50,344 bases of DNA from Elusimicrobiota bacterium. Its GTDB lineage: Bacteria; Elusimicrobiota; Elusimicrobia; Elusimicrobiales; UBA9959. Of the stretch, positions 36,013 through 46,186 are shown piece after piece. Both the position numbers and the translations under genes were made by a program. Each line of letters begins with the position of its first letter. Positions within the stretch are counted from its first letter, which is position 1. The notes beneath the pieces are model-generated. The model did not search any database, was not told where the DNA came from, and worked only from the letters and a program-made list of their open reading frames with translations. The stretch spans positions 1-50,344 of the forward strand of contig DAIENX010000072.1 of assembly GCA_027340875.1 (NCBI GenBank), in the 5' to 3' direction.

Positions 36013-37422
36013 ATGAGCTCGCACCAGGCAAATCATATTTCTTTCGGCACGGACGGCTTCAGGGGCGTGATAGCTAAAGACTTCACCTATGACGTGGTCA
36101 GGAAGACCGCCCAGGGGATGGCCGACTATATAGCCTACAAGTACATGCGCATGGAGAAGCCGACCATAGCAGTGGGTTACGACCGCAGGTTCATGTCCGA
36201 CCGCTTCGCCCGCACGCTTGCCGAGGTGCTGGCCGCCAACGGCCTCAACGTAACGCTCAGCGCCACCCCGCTGCCCACCCCCGCCGTCAGCCTGCTTACG
36301 GCCAAGGGCTACGGCATGGGCGTAGTGATAACGGCCAGCCACAACCCGCACAACTACAACGGGATAAAGGTCAAGCAGAACGGCCGTTCGGCGCCGCCGG
36401 CCGTCACGGCCGACATAGAGAATTACGTGGCCAAGGCCGTGCCGGTGAAGCCCGGGGAGGTGCAGGTGGCGGTGAAGGATTTCCGCCAGGCCTACACGGA
36501 CTACCTCGGCTCCCGCGTCAACGCCGCCAAGGTGCTGGCCAGGCTGCCGGGGCCGGTGGTGGTGGATTTCATGCACGGCTCCGGAGCGGATACCTCCGAC
36601 ATCTTCAAGTCGAAGAACGTGATAAAGATACGCGACAGGCACGACCCGCTGTTCGGCGGCGTGGCTCCGGAGCCGGTGGAGAAGAACCTGCAGCCGCTGA
36701 TCGAGGCCGTCAAGAAGAACAAGGCGCTCTTCGGCGTGGCGCTGGACGGGGACGCCGACCGTTTCGCGCTGGTCTCCGACAAGGGGATTTACATGACGCC
36801 CTGCCAGACCGCCCCGCTGCTGCTGGAATACTTGCTGACCACCGGCAAGTACAAGGGCAAAGTGGCGCAGGCCGTGTCGATGGGCTACCTGACCAAGCGC
36901 ATAGCGCGCGCGGCCGGCCTGCCTTTCGAGGAGACACTGGTCGGCTTCAAGTACATAGCCGAGAAGATGCTGTCCGAGGACGTGACCTTCGGGGTCGAGG
37001 AATCCGGCGGCTATACCTGGAAGGGGAACCTGCCGGAGCGGGACGGCTCCCTCACCGCGCTCTTCATGATGGAGATGGTGATAAAGACCGACAAGCCGAT
37101 CTCGTCCCTGTACGCGCAGATAGAGAAGAAGTACGGGCGCTCCGCCTTCGTCCGCACCGATTTCGCGCTGGAAAAAGCCATCCCCAACAAGCATTCCTTC
37201 GCGGTCAAGATAAAGAAGAAGCTGCCCAAGCTGCTCATGGGGCGCAAGATCACCGAGACCAACACGATAGACGGCCTTAAGATAGTGCTCGACAACGACT
37301 GGTGGGTGCTGATGCGCCCGTCCGGCACCGAGCCGCTCTTGCGCACGTACGCGGAGACCGAGACCCCGGAGAACACGAAGAAGTTCCTGGACCTGGCCCG
37401 CAAGCTGATAGAGCAGAAATAA
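36013..37422 (+). CDS. Phosphoglucomutase/phosphomannomutase
   Basis: FGTDGFRG, TASHNP, DGDADR, EESGG, RPSGTEP. Confidence 0.95.
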   Translation: MSSHQANHISFGTDGFRGVIAKDFTYDVVRKTAQGMADYIAYKYMRMEKPTIAVGYDRRFMSDRFARTLAEVLAANGLNVTLSATPLPTPAVSLLTAKGYGMGVVITASHNPHNYNGIKVKQNGRSAPPAVTADIENYVAKAVPVKPGEVQVAVKDFRQAYTDYLGSRVNAAKVLARLPGPVVVDFMHGSGADTSDIFKSKNVIKIRDRHDPLFGGVAPEPVEKNLQPLIEAVKKNKALFGVALDGDADRFALVSDKGIYMTPCQTAPLLLEYLLTTGKYKGKVAQAVSMGYLTKRIARAAGLPFEETLVGFKYIAEKMLSEDVTFGVEESGGYTWKGNLPERDGSLTALFMMEMVIKTDKPISSLYAQIEKKYGRSAFVRTDFALEKAIPNKHSFAVKIKKKLPKLLMGRKITETNTIDGLKIVLDNDWWVLMRPSGTEPLLRTYAETETPENTKKFLDLARKLIEQK

Positions 37423-37485
37423 GGCCCGCCGTTAAGGTCAAAATTGCTATAATTTACCAATAGAAATACAGGGAGGAGAGCGATC

Positions 37486-38688
37486 ATGAACTGCAAAGGC
37501 AAGAGGTTCTTTACATCCGAATCGGTGACCGAGGGTCACCCCGACAAGGTTTGCGACCAGATCTCTGACGCGGTGCTGGACGAGATCATGAAGAAGGATC
37601 CGGCCGGCCGCGTGGCCTGCGAGACCTTCATAACCCGCGGCATGGTGGTAGTGGGCGGAGAGATAACCACGAAGACCTTCGTGGACGTGGACGAGCTCGC
37701 CCGCCGCGTCATCCGCGAGATAGGCTATACTCATTCCAAGTACGGCTTCAACTACGAGACCTGCGCGGTGGTGAACGTGATCGGCCGCCAGAGCCCGGAC
37801 ATCGCCCAGGGCGTGGACACCGGCGGCGCCGGAGACCAGGGCCTGATGGTCGGCTACGCCTGCGACGAGACCCCGGAGCTGATGCCGCTGCCGCTGCAGC
37901 TGGCCCAGCGCCTGTCGATGAGGCTTTCCGAGGTCCGCAAGAAGGGGATACTCCCGTATCTCGGCCCCGACGGCAAGAGCCAGGTGACCGTTGAATATCA
38001 CGACGGACGCCCGGTGCGCATAGAGACCATCGTGATCTCGTCCCAGCACACCGAGGACATCCTGGACAAGACCGGCCACCAGATCACCGAGAAGTCCCGC
38101 AAAGAGATCTACGATAAGGTCATCGCGCCCGTCATCGACAAGCGCATGATCGACAAGAACACCAAGGTCTTCATCAACCCGACCGGCAAGTTCGTGGTCG
38201 GCGGCCCGCAGTCCGACACCGGCGTGACCGGCCGCAAGATCATCGTCGACACCTACGGCGGCATGGCTCCGCACGGCGGCGGCGCGTTCAGCGGCAAGGA
38301 CTCCACCAAGGTGGACCGCAGCGCGGCCTACATGGCCCGCTACCTGGCCAAGAACATAGTGGCCGCCAAGCTCGCGAAGGAATGCACGGTGCAGTTGGCC
38401 TACGCGATAGGCGTGGCCGAGCCCGTGGGCCTCTACGTCGATACGCACGGCACCGGCCGGGTGGCCGACGAGAAGCTGGCCCAGCTGGTGAAGACCTCCT
38501 TCAACCTGACGCCGCGCGGCATCATCAACGCGTTGAAGCTGCGCGCGCCGGTGTTCCGCAAGACCGCGGCCTACGGGCATTTCGGCCGCGCCGGCTTCGC
38601 CCGGGAAAAGACCGACGCCGCGGCCATGCTCGCCAAGAAGGCCGCCGGTTCGGTGAAGGCCCAGGCCGAGTGCGCCTGCTGCTGCTGA
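37486..38688 (+). CDS. metK: S-adenosylmethionine synthetase
   Basis: [39 protein letters not shown]; upstream TG-c-TATAAT. Confidence 0.98.
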   Translation: MNCKGKRFFTSESVTEGHPDKVCDQISDAVLDEIMKKDPAGRVACETFITRGMVVVGGEITTKTFVDVDELARRVIREIGYTHSKYGFNYETCAVVNVIGRQSPDIAQGVDTGGAGDQGLMVGYACDETPELMPLPLQLAQRLSMRLSEVRKKGILPYLGPDGKSQVTVEYHDGRPVRIETIVISSQHTEDILDKTGHQITEKSRKEIYDKVIAPVIDKRMIDKNTKVFINPTGKFVVGGPQSDTGVTGRKIIVDTYGGMAPHGGGAFSGKDSTKVDRSAAYMARYLAKNIVAAKLAKECTVQLAYAIGVAEPVGLYVDTHGTGRVADEKLAQLVKTSFNLTPRGIINALKLRAPVFRKTAAYGHFGRAGFAREKTDAAAMLAKKAAGSVKAQAECACCC

Positions 38689-38758
38689 AGGCCCGGACGC
38701 GCCGGAGAGGACTCTTTAGGGGGTGCTCCGGCGCGGTTTTTTCTCGTCAGGGGGACAG

Positions 38759-39112
38759 ATGAGAGTATTGCTGGTAGAAGATAACGCCCTTACCCGGTAC
38801 ACGATACGGGCGCTGCTGGAAAAGCTGGGACACGAGGTCGTGGGCGAGGCCGAGGACGGCGCCGCCGCGGTGAAGGGCTATACGGAGTCCAGGCCCGACA
38901 TCGTCTTTCTCGATCTCATACTGCCGGGCAAGTCCGGCCTCGAGATACTGGAGGACCTGCGGGCGCTGGACCCGGACGCGCGGGTGGTCGTGGTGACCGC
39001 GGTGGAGCAGGACGAGATAGACCGCAGCCTTAACGACAAGGGCGTCACCGCCATACTCCGGAAGCCGTTCTCGTTCGACGATTTCAAGGCCCTGATGAGC
39101 GGTCTGCGCTGA
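38759..39112 (+). CDS. CheY-like single-domain response regulator
   Basis: VLLVED, PDIVFLDLILP, VVVTA, KPF. Confidence 0.9.
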   Translation: MRVLLVEDNALTRYTIRALLEKLGHEVVGEAEDGAAAVKGYTESRPDIVFLDLILPGKSGLEILEDLRALDPDARVVVVTAVEQDEIDRSLNDKGVTAILRKPFSFDDFKALMSGLR

Positions 39113-39115
39113 ACC

Positions 39116-39706
39116 ATGCAAGAGAAGGCGGCCAAAGCGTTGGGGGAGATAGCGGCCGAGAGCCTGGAGAAGTGCGTCTCCAGGCTCTCACGCGTCTCGT
39201 CGGGGCGCTGGCGCGTGGCCGGCTCCGCGGTCTCCTGCCGCAGTATGGCAGAGGCCGTCAAGGAGCATTCCGTCCGGGCCGCCGGAGAGAGCGCCGGCGT
39301 CTATTTCGATATTTCCGGGGATTTTCCGTTCTCGTCGATGGTCATGTTCAAGACCGAGGATGCCGAGATCTACTCCAGGGGTTTCCTTGGAGCGTCGTTC
39401 GAGCGGTTCCGGAACCTCGGCCAGGCCCAGGAGCTGCTGTTCTCCGAGCTCGGCAATATAATACTCAATTCGCTGGCGGCGGCCATGTCGAAAGCGACCG
39501 GCCGGCCGTTGATCCCGTCGGTGCCCAAGTGCGTGCGCGGCGAGACGCAGTTCCTCCTCGAGGCGCTGTGGTCCTCGATGGGCGCTCCGGGTAAGCGCAA
39601 TATGCTCACGGTGACGCTGGACCTGAGCTGCTGCGGTTCGGTCACGCAGGCCGAGCTCATAGTGCTGATCCCGGAGGCCCTGGAGGCCGCGCTTTCAGGC
39701 GAGTGA
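39116..39706 (+). CDS. CheC-like phosphatase-family protein
   Basis: ELGNIILN (ExxN motif), PSVP; adjacent to the CheY-like gene. Confidence 0.7.
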   Translation: MQEKAAKALGEIAAESLEKCVSRLSRVSSGRWRVAGSAVSCRSMAEAVKEHSVRAAGESAGVYFDISGDFPFSSMVMFKTEDAEIYSRGFLGASFERFRNLGQAQELLFSELGNIILNSLAAAMSKATGRPLIPSVPKCVRGETQFLLEALWSSMGAPGKRNMLTVTLDLSCCGSVTQAELIVLIPEALEAALSGE

Positions 39707-39728
39707 CGGCCCCGTACAAGGAGTTTTC

Positions 39729-40256
39729 ATGAAGAACAAGCTGTTTCGGGCCATAGCCATCCTGCTGCTGGCCGCGGCGCCTGCCGCGGCTTCGCAGGTC
39801 TCTATAACCGGCATCAGTTGGGAACTCTCCCGGCTGATCGGCAAGAAGCGCTCGCCCTATGCGCCGGTAAGCGCCCTGAAGGCGGCTTCCGGGACCCCGT
39901 TCACCGACGCCCTCCGCGCGGTGGTCTCTCTGAGCAACTCTTCGGACAGGCCGGCCGAAGGGCTGGTGCTGCGTTACGCTCTCAGCCTGCGTCTTCAGCG
40001 AGCCGGCGAACAGCCGGAAAAGGCCTTCTGGGCCGTGCCGTTCTTCGTGGAGGAGGTCCGCGTCTCTAAAATAGACCCGGTCTCCCAGCGCCAGGCGCGC
40101 GTCATACGTTTCGAGCTGCAGAGCCAGCTCAACAAGCTGAAGAACAGCGGCTTCGAACCCGCCGCGCTCAAGCTGGAGGTGATGCTCTCCCCGCGCAGCG
40201 GAGACGAGCCCTCCGAGATAATCCGCGAAGCCGTCATAGAGATATCCAAGCCGTAG
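39729..40256 (+). CDS. Hypothetical secreted protein
   Basis: SD AAGGAG; signal peptide MKNKLFRAIAILLLAAAPAAA. Confidence 0.75.
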   Translation: MKNKLFRAIAILLLAAAPAAASQVSITGISWELSRLIGKKRSPYAPVSALKAASGTPFTDALRAVVSLSNSSDRPAEGLVLRYALSLRLQRAGEQPEKAFWAVPFFVEEVRVSKIDPVSQRQARVIRFELQSQLNKLKNSGFEPAALKLEVMLSPRSGDEPSEIIREAVIEISKP

Positions 40257-40288
40257 GCCGCGTCCCGCGGCCAGCGAACGGAGCCAAC

Positions 40289-41557
40289 ATGCTGGACATA
40301 AACCTTATCAGGACCGACGCGGAGAAGGTCAGGAAAGCCCTGCTGAAGCGCATGGATTCCGTCGACCTGGACCCCGTCGTGTCGCTGGACAGGCGCCGCC
40401 GGGAGCTGCTCACCGAGAGCGAGGCGCTCAAGATGAAGAAGAACGCCGCCTCCGCCGGCGTGAAGAAGCTGGACAAGGACGCCCAGCAGGCCGTTTTCGC
40501 CGAGATGAAGGAGATAGCGGCGCGCATAAAGGCCATCGACGCCGAGGTGGCGGCCGCCGAGGCGCAGCTCTCCGAGCTGATGGCCGGCCTGCCGAACATG
40601 CCGGCCGAAGACGTCGTCGCAGGCGGCAAGGAGAACAACGCCGTGGTGCGCGAATGGGGGAAGAGGCCGGAGTTCGGCTTCACCGCCAAGGGCCACCTGG
40701 AGCTTTCGAAGGACCTGGGTCTGATAGACTACGAGCGCGGCGCGAAGCTGGGCGGCGCCGGTTTCTGGGTATACCGCGACATGGGCGCGCGGCTGGAGTG
40801 GGCGCTGCTGAACTTCTTCGTGCAGACGCATCTGGCCGCCGGCTACTCCTTCACGCTGCCGCCGCATATCCTGAACTACGAGTGCGGCTACACCGCGGGG
40901 CAGTTCCCCAAGTTCAAGGACGACGTGTTCCTGCTGGCCGGCACCGGCGACAAGACGCAGTTCCTGCTGCCGACGGCCGAGACCGCGCTGATCAGCCTGC
41001 ACCGCGACGAGATCCTGAAAGAGGACGAGCTGCCGAGGAAGTATTTCGCCTACACCCCCTGCTACCGCAAGGAGGCCGGCGGCTACGGCGCCAACGAGCG
41101 CGGCATGATACGCGGCCACCAGTTCAACAAGGTGGAGCTGATACAGTTCGCGAAGCCCGAGCAGTCGGCCGCCGCCTTCGACGAGATGGTCGGCCAGGTG
41201 GAGGGCGTAATGCAGAAGCTGGGCCTGCATTACCGGCTGGTCAAGCTGGCCGCGCAGGACTGCAGCGCCTCGATGGCCCGCACCTACGATATAGAGGTCT
41301 GGATACCGAGCATGAAGACCTATAAGGAGGTCAGCTCGGTCTCGAACGCGCACGATTACCAGGCGCGCCGGGGAGCGATGCGCTTCAAACGCGCCGCCAC
41401 CGGCAAGAACGAATTCCTGCACACGCTCAACGGCTCCTGCCTGGCCACCAGCCGGCTGTTCCCGGCCATTCTGGAGCAGTTCCAGCAGGCTGACGGCTCG
41501 GTGCTGGTACCCGAGGTCCTGCGCGCCTCCGTAGGGGCCGACAGGATAACGATATGA
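40289..41557 (+). CDS. serS: Serine--tRNA ligase
   Basis: MLDINLIR, LPTAE, YRKEAG, HQFNKVE, YKEVSS, HTLNGS. Confidence 0.97.
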   Translation: MLDINLIRTDAEKVRKALLKRMDSVDLDPVVSLDRRRRELLTESEALKMKKNAASAGVKKLDKDAQQAVFAEMKEIAARIKAIDAEVAAAEAQLSELMAGLPNMPAEDVVAGGKENNAVVREWGKRPEFGFTAKGHLELSKDLGLIDYERGAKLGGAGFWVYRDMGARLEWALLNFFVQTHLAAGYSFTLPPHILNYECGYTAGQFPKFKDDVFLLAGTGDKTQFLLPTAETALISLHRDEILKEDELPRKYFAYTPCYRKEAGGYGANERGMIRGHQFNKVELIQFAKPEQSAAAFDEMVGQVEGVMQKLGLHYRLVKLAAQDCSASMARTYDIEVWIPSMKTYKEVSSVSNAHDYQARRGAMRFKRAATGKNEFLHTLNGSCLATSRLFPAILEQFQQADGSVLVPEVLRASVGADRITI

Positions 41558-42753
41558 GGAAACTCGCGCTTTCCGCCCTGTTGCTCTCTTTCTGCGCCGC
41601 GGCCGCTCCGGCGAAGAAGGCCGAGCTGGAACCGCTCCCCGAGGACCTTAAGGTGCTGGCCAAGAACGGCCTGGACTCCATCTACGCGGTGGATATCCCG
41701 GCCGCGGAGAAGTACTTCAGCGAGGCCCTGAAGAAATATCCCGACCACCCGATCCCCTACTTCGGGATGGCTATGTCCAAGTGGGCCGAGCTGGAGTATC
41801 TCGAGGATGAATCCGATCCGGGGCTGGAGAAGCAGTACGGGGAGCTTACGGACAAGGCCCTCGAAGTGGGCCGTGCCTGGATAAAGAAGCATCCCGGCGA
41901 CGCCAACGCCTATCTGGTGCTGGGCGGCATGTACGGACTGCGCGCGCGCCTGGGCGTGCTGCAGCATCACTGGGTGGACGCTTTCCTGACCGGGAAGAAG
42001 GCGCTGTCGGCCACGCGCAGATCGCTCAAAATAGACCCCGAGCTGTACGACGCCTACCTGGGCCTCGGCATGTACGAGTACTACTCCGGCACGCTGTCGG
42101 GCGTGGTCAAGCTGCTGGCCGCTATCGTGATGCGGGGGGACGCGAAAAAGGGCCTCGAGTATCTGAACCTCTGCCGCGAGAAGGGCTATTTCAACGCGCT
42201 GGCCGCCAAGCTGATGCTGATAGAGATCTACACCACCACCGGCAGCCCTTACAAGGACCCGGCCACGGCCGTTAAATGGGCCAGGGAGCTGCGCGCGCAG
42301 TATCCGAACCACCCGCAGATGCATTTCGTCGAGATAGTCTCGCTGTACGAGAACAAGGAGTACGACGAGTCCCGCAAGGAGGCCCTGGACTATCTCAAGA
42401 AGGTGGAGGACGGCGTGGTACCCTACCGCCGCCGCTACCTTCCGCGGGTGCTGACCGCGATAGGGACCACCTACCTGGTGGAGAAAAAGTACGACGAGGC
42501 GGCCGAGTATTTCAAGCGCGCGGCCGACACCCTCAAGGAAGACCCCAAGACCCACCCGGCCCGCTGGGGCGTCTGGGCCATAGTGCGGCTCGGCAATGTC
42601 AGCGATCTGAAAGGCCTGCGCGACAAGGCGCTCGAGTATTATAAGCAGGCACAGGCCTACAGGGACGACTGGGGTTTCTCCGAGTCGATAGAGAAATACC
42701 TGAAGTCGCCGTTCTCGGCCGCGGCGCTCCCCGGCCAGCTGCCCCCTCCCTGA
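41554..42753 (+). CDS. Exported TPR-repeat protein
   Basis: Signal peptide; TPR-like helices (DAYLGLGMYEY, AIGTTYL..YDEAAEYF). Confidence 0.8.
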   Translation: MRKLALSALLLSFCAAAAPAKKAELEPLPEDLKVLAKNGLDSIYAVDIPAAEKYFSEALKKYPDHPIPYFGMAMSKWAELEYLEDESDPGLEKQYGELTDKALEVGRAWIKKHPGDANAYLVLGGMYGLRARLGVLQHHWVDAFLTGKKALSATRRSLKIDPELYDAYLGLGMYEYYSGTLSGVVKLLAAIVMRGDAKKGLEYLNLCREKGYFNALAAKLMLIEIYTTTGSPYKDPATAVKWARELRAQYPNHPQMHFVEIVSLYENKEYDESRKEALDYLKKVEDGVVPYRRRYLPRVLTAIGTTYLVEKKYDEAAEYFKRAADTLKEDPKTHPARWGVWAIVRLGNVSDLKGLRDKALEYYKQAQAYRDDWGFSESIEKYLKSPFSAAALPGQLPPP

Positions 42754-42755
42754 CG

Positions 42756-43184
42756 ATGAGCGGCGAGACTGTCATCTTCCTGGTCCTGGCCATACTGGGC
42801 TTCGGGCTCGGCGCTTTCTTCGATAAGATCAGTCTCAGGCACCTGGACCCGGCCGGCGCCTTCTTCGCGCGCCTGCTGGTGATGGTGGTCCTGTTCGTGC
42901 CGGTGCTCATCTGGAAGTCCCCGCAGACCAAGCAGGCCCTGCTGGGCTCCGACCGGCTGGGCCCGGTGTTCGTGGGCCTGAGCGTGATAGTCTCGATGTC
43001 CGCGGTCCTGTTCTTCCTCAAGGCGCTTTCGGAAGGTCAGGCCACCAGGATAGTGCCGCTCAGCTCCACTTACCCGTTCGTCACTTTCGTGCTGGCTCTG
43101 GCCTTCCTCGGCGAGAGCTTCACGCTGAACAAATTCCTGGGCACGCTGCTGCTGTCGGGCGGGGTGTACTTCATCTCCAGGTGA
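42756..43184 (+). CDS. EamA/DMT-family small transporter
   Basis: 5 TMs, ALSEGQATRIVPL..YP..LGE. Confidence 0.85.
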   Translation: MSGETVIFLVLAILGFGLGAFFDKISLRHLDPAGAFFARLLVMVVLFVPVLIWKSPQTKQALLGSDRLGPVFVGLSVIVSMSAVLFFLKALSEGQATRIVPLSSTYPFVTFVLALAFLGESFTLNKFLGTLLLSGGVYFISR

Positions 43185-43216
43185 ACCGTGGCCTGCGCCG
43201 CCCGGGGTTCTGACCT

Positions 43217-43573
43217 ATGACCCCTGAAGAATTCGAAGCCGCCGTGGAGCGGGCCATAAAGGGCCTGCCGCGCGTTTTCCGCTCCAGGCTGCGGAACGTG
43301 GCCGTGATCATCAGGGTCAGGCCCACCGCGGAGCAGCGCCGGCGCTTCGGCCCGGGCCTGCTCGGGCTTTACGAGGGCGTGCCTGCCACCGAACGCGGAG
43401 CGGCCGACGGCGGGCTGATGCCGGACAAGATAACGCTTTTCAGGGAGAACCTGCAGGCCGGGGCGCGGGACGGGGCGGAGACCGAGGAGCGGGTGCGTCA
43501 CACCCTGATGCACGAGATAGCCCACCACTTCGGCATGGACGACGACGAGCTCAGGGAGAAAGGGCTTTACTGA
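43217..43573 (+). CDS. Zincin-like minimal metallopeptidase
   Basis: LLGLYEG, PDKITLF, HEIAHHFG (HExxH). Confidence 0.9.
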   Translation: MTPEEFEAAVERAIKGLPRVFRSRLRNVAVIIRVRPTAEQRRRFGPGLLGLYEGVPATERGAADGGLMPDKITLFRENLQAGARDGAETEERVRHTLMHEIAHHFGMDDDELREKGLY

Positions 43574-43606
43574 CGCCGGTACTTTGCGCTACTTAAAGGA
43601 GGAGCT

Positions 43607-43870
43607 ATGGACAGGGCCGTATGGCTGAAATTGTTCGCGAAGCGTTTTAAGGTGATACAGGACAGTATGGACTCGTTGCCCGGAGAGGTCACCTACCACA
43701 TCCCGGAGAAGCAGGTAGTGGTTATAATAGGCTCGTCCACTCCGGCAGGCGCCCTCAGGGCCGAATCGCTGACCGATACCGAGGAGTGCCTGATCGTAAA
43801 CCGCGGCCAGGGCAAGCGCTCCTTCGTTGACTGGGATAAGATAGACGCCATCTGCACGGCCGAGACCTGA
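43607..43870 (+). CDS. Small hypothetical protein
   Basis: Strong SD AAAGGAGG; 87-aa ORF filling an intergenic gap. Confidence 0.7.
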   Translation: MDRAVWLKLFAKRFKVIQDSMDSLPGEVTYHIPEKQVVVIIGSSTPAGALRAESLTDTEECLIVNRGQGKRSFVDWDKIDAICTAET

Positions 43871-43889
43871 GGCCGCAGGCGGGTCCGAT

Positions 43890-45185
43890 TCAGACGAGCT
43901 CGGCGCGCCGCAGATAGCCCTCGGCGCTGGTGATCCTCGCCTTCACGAAATCTCCGGCCTTGAGCTTCGCTCCGGGAGGCGGCGCGACCTCCACCCGGCC
44001 GTCTATTTCGGGCGCATCCCGGTAGGTGCGCCCGAAATAGGGAGAATCCATCAGCAGGTCCAGGGTCTTTCCCCTCAGCTTAGCGTTTATCGCGTCCACC
44101 ACCCCGCTCTGGGCGCGTACCAGCGCCTCAACCCTCTCCGTCTTGGTGCGTTCTTCCACCTGCTCCGGGAAGCCGGCGGCCGAGGTGCCGGGTTCGCGCG
44201 AATAGGGGAATACCCCGAGGTTGTCGAACCTGGCTTCCTTGACGAAGGAGACCAGCTTCCTGAAATCGGCGGCGGTCTCCCCCGGAAAGCCTGCTATGAA
44301 ATTGGTGCGGATGGCGAGTCCCGGCATCGCGCGGCGCAGCTCGGCTATTTTGGACTTGATGGTCGCCGCGGTGGAAGAGCGGTTCATCCTGCGGAGCACC
44401 GGGTCCGAGATGTGCTGCAGAGGCATGTCCAGATAGCGGGCCACGCTCTTGTTGGCCTTCATCACGGCTATCAGTTCCTTGGTAACGCGCTCCGGGTAGA
44501 CGTACATCAGGCGCCACCAGCGGACGCTTTTTATCTTCACCAGCTCCTTCAGCAGCTCGGCCAGCCGCGGCTTGCCGTAGATGTCCGCGCCGTAGGAGGT
44601 GGTGTCCTGGGCTATCAGCGAGATCTCCACCGCCCCGCTGGCTGCCAGGCGCGAGGCCTCCTCCAGCACCGATTCGAACGGCTTGGAGCGGAACTGGCCG
44701 CGTATCGAAGGGATAAGACAGTAGGCGCAGCGGTTGTCGCAGCCGTCGGCTATCTTGAGGTAGGCGCTGTGCCGGGCCGTGAGCCGGGCCTTCAGGTGGG
44801 GGGAGTCCAGTCCCGCGGCGGGGGCGATGAACGTCCCGCCTTCCTTCACCGCTTCCGCGGCCCTGGCCAGGGCGTTGATGCCGACCAGGACGTCTATATC
44901 GGGGAACTTCTGCAGCAGGGCGTTCTTCTCGCGCTCCACCAGGCAGCCGGAAACTATCACCTTGGAGAGCTTCCCGCGCGCCTTGAGGCGCAGCAGACGG
45001 CGTATCTCGCCCTCCGACTCCTCCACGGCCGAGCCCAGGAAGGCGCAGGTGTTTATCATCGCGGCGTCCGCGCCTTCCTCTTTCTGCGTCAGCTCCCAGC
45101 CGGCGGCGGCCAGCTCCCCGGCCATGACCTCGGCGTCCGTGAGGTTCTTGGGGCAGCCGAGGGAGACGATGAAGAGTTTTGGCAT
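43890..45185 (-). CDS. rimO: Ribosomal protein S12 methylthiotransferase
   Basis: SLGCPKN, NTCAF, SGCL, KIADGCDNRCAYC, DAPEIDG. Confidence 0.95.
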   Translation of the reverse strand: MPKLFIVSLGCPKNLTDAEVMAGELAAAGWELTQKEEGADAAMINTCAFLGSAVEESEGEIRRLLRLKARGKLSKVIVSGCLVEREKNALLQKFPDIDVLVGINALARAAEAVKEGGTFIAPAAGLDSPHLKARLTARHSAYLKIADGCDNRCAYCLIPSIRGQFRSKPFESVLEEASRLAASGAVEISLIAQDTTSYGADIYGKPRLAELLKELVKIKSVRWWRLMYVYPERVTKELIAVMKANKSVARYLDMPLQHISDPVLRRMNRSSTAATIKSKIAELRRAMPGLAIRTNFIAGFPGETAADFRKLVSFVKEARFDNLGVFPYSREPGTSAAGFPEQVEERTKTERVEALVRAQSGVVDAINAKLRGKTLDLLMDSPYFGRTYRDAPEIDGRVEVAPPPGAKLKAGDFVKARITSAEGYLRRAELV

Positions 45186-45219
45186 GGTGCGGGAGGGGGC
45201 GGCGGGTACCCGGGCCAGC

Positions 45220-46146
45220 TCAGTGGCGCTCGAAGCGCTTGATCAGGAAATAGGTTATCCAGGCGATCAGCAGCATGATCGCCATGAAGAGCGGATAGGC
45301 TATCTTCGGGTCGTGTATGCCCGTTATGGCGTAGAGCTCCGACATGCCGCCCACCCCGGCGAAGAAGCTCGGTATTGCCACGGCTATGACTACGGCGTTG
45401 AGGTTCTTCATCAGGATATTCAGGTTGTTGCTGACGATGGAGGCGCGGGCGCCTACCATCGAGGCGAAGATGTTCGAGTAGATGGAGGCCTGGCGGTAGC
45501 ACTGCAGGTTCTCGATCATTATGTCGTCGATGAACTCGATGCTGCGCTCGCTGAAGCCCGCCTTCTCCGCGCCGTGCTTGAGCCGCTCGATCACGCTGGT
45601 GTTGGAGGTGATCGCGTTCACGTAGTAGACCAGGCTCTTCTCCAAAGTGAACATGTTGATCAGGTGCCGGTTCTCCATCGAGTAGGTGATCTTTGTCTCC
45701 AGCTCGTCGGCGATCATGTTGATCACCTTCAGGTGCTCCATGAAGTGGAAGATCGAGCTGTAGATCAGCTTCAGGAAGATCTCGCGGATGCCCGTGACCT
45801 GCTTGAAGTACTTGCCGGAGAACATGTTGATGTCCTCGGAGAGGGCCAGCAGCAGCTTGTCCTTGAACAGGAAGAGACCCATCGAGGAGACCTTGAACAT
45901 GAAGTGGTCCTTCGACGAGTAGTTCTTGGGCCGCTTGAAGATCAGGGCCAGGTGGTCCGGTTCCGTCTCCATGCGGGCCGGCTCCTCGGGGTCGAACGCC
46001 GAGCTGAAGGTGTGCTCGTCGAGATCGAAATTCTCTACGAGCCACTTTTTCTCGTCCTCGCTGGGGCTGATGGCGACCCAGATCTGCGGGGTCTCGGCCT
46101 CCACCTGCCTCAGCTGGCGGTCATCTATCCTGTAGCGTTTGATCAT
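45220..46146 (-). CDS. CorA-family divalent cation transporter
   Basis: DPEEPAR, LEKSLVYY, ASIVSNNLN, two C-terminal TMs with GMS in place of GMN. Confidence 0.88.
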   Translation of the reverse strand: MIKRYRIDDRQLRQVEAETPQIWVAISPSEDEKKWLVENFDLDEHTFSSAFDPEEPARMETEPDHLALIFKRPKNYSSKDHFMFKVSSMGLFLFKDKLLLALSEDINMFSGKYFKQVTGIREIFLKLIYSSIFHFMEHLKVINMIADELETKITYSMENRHLINMFTLEKSLVYYVNAITSNTSVIERLKHGAEKAGFSERSIEFIDDIMIENLQCYRQASIYSNIFASMVGARASIVSNNLNILMKNLNAVVIAVAIPSFFAGVGGMSELYAITGIHDPKIAYPLFMAIMLLIAWITYFLIKRFERH

Positions 46147-46186
46147 TGAATCGGGAAGGGCGCCCCTAAGCGCGGCGCCCGTTCGG

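Noticed and set aside
37423..37485. SAM riboswitch before metK
   Set aside because: Only ~30 nt lie between TATAAT and the start codon, AT-rich, with no aptamer features.
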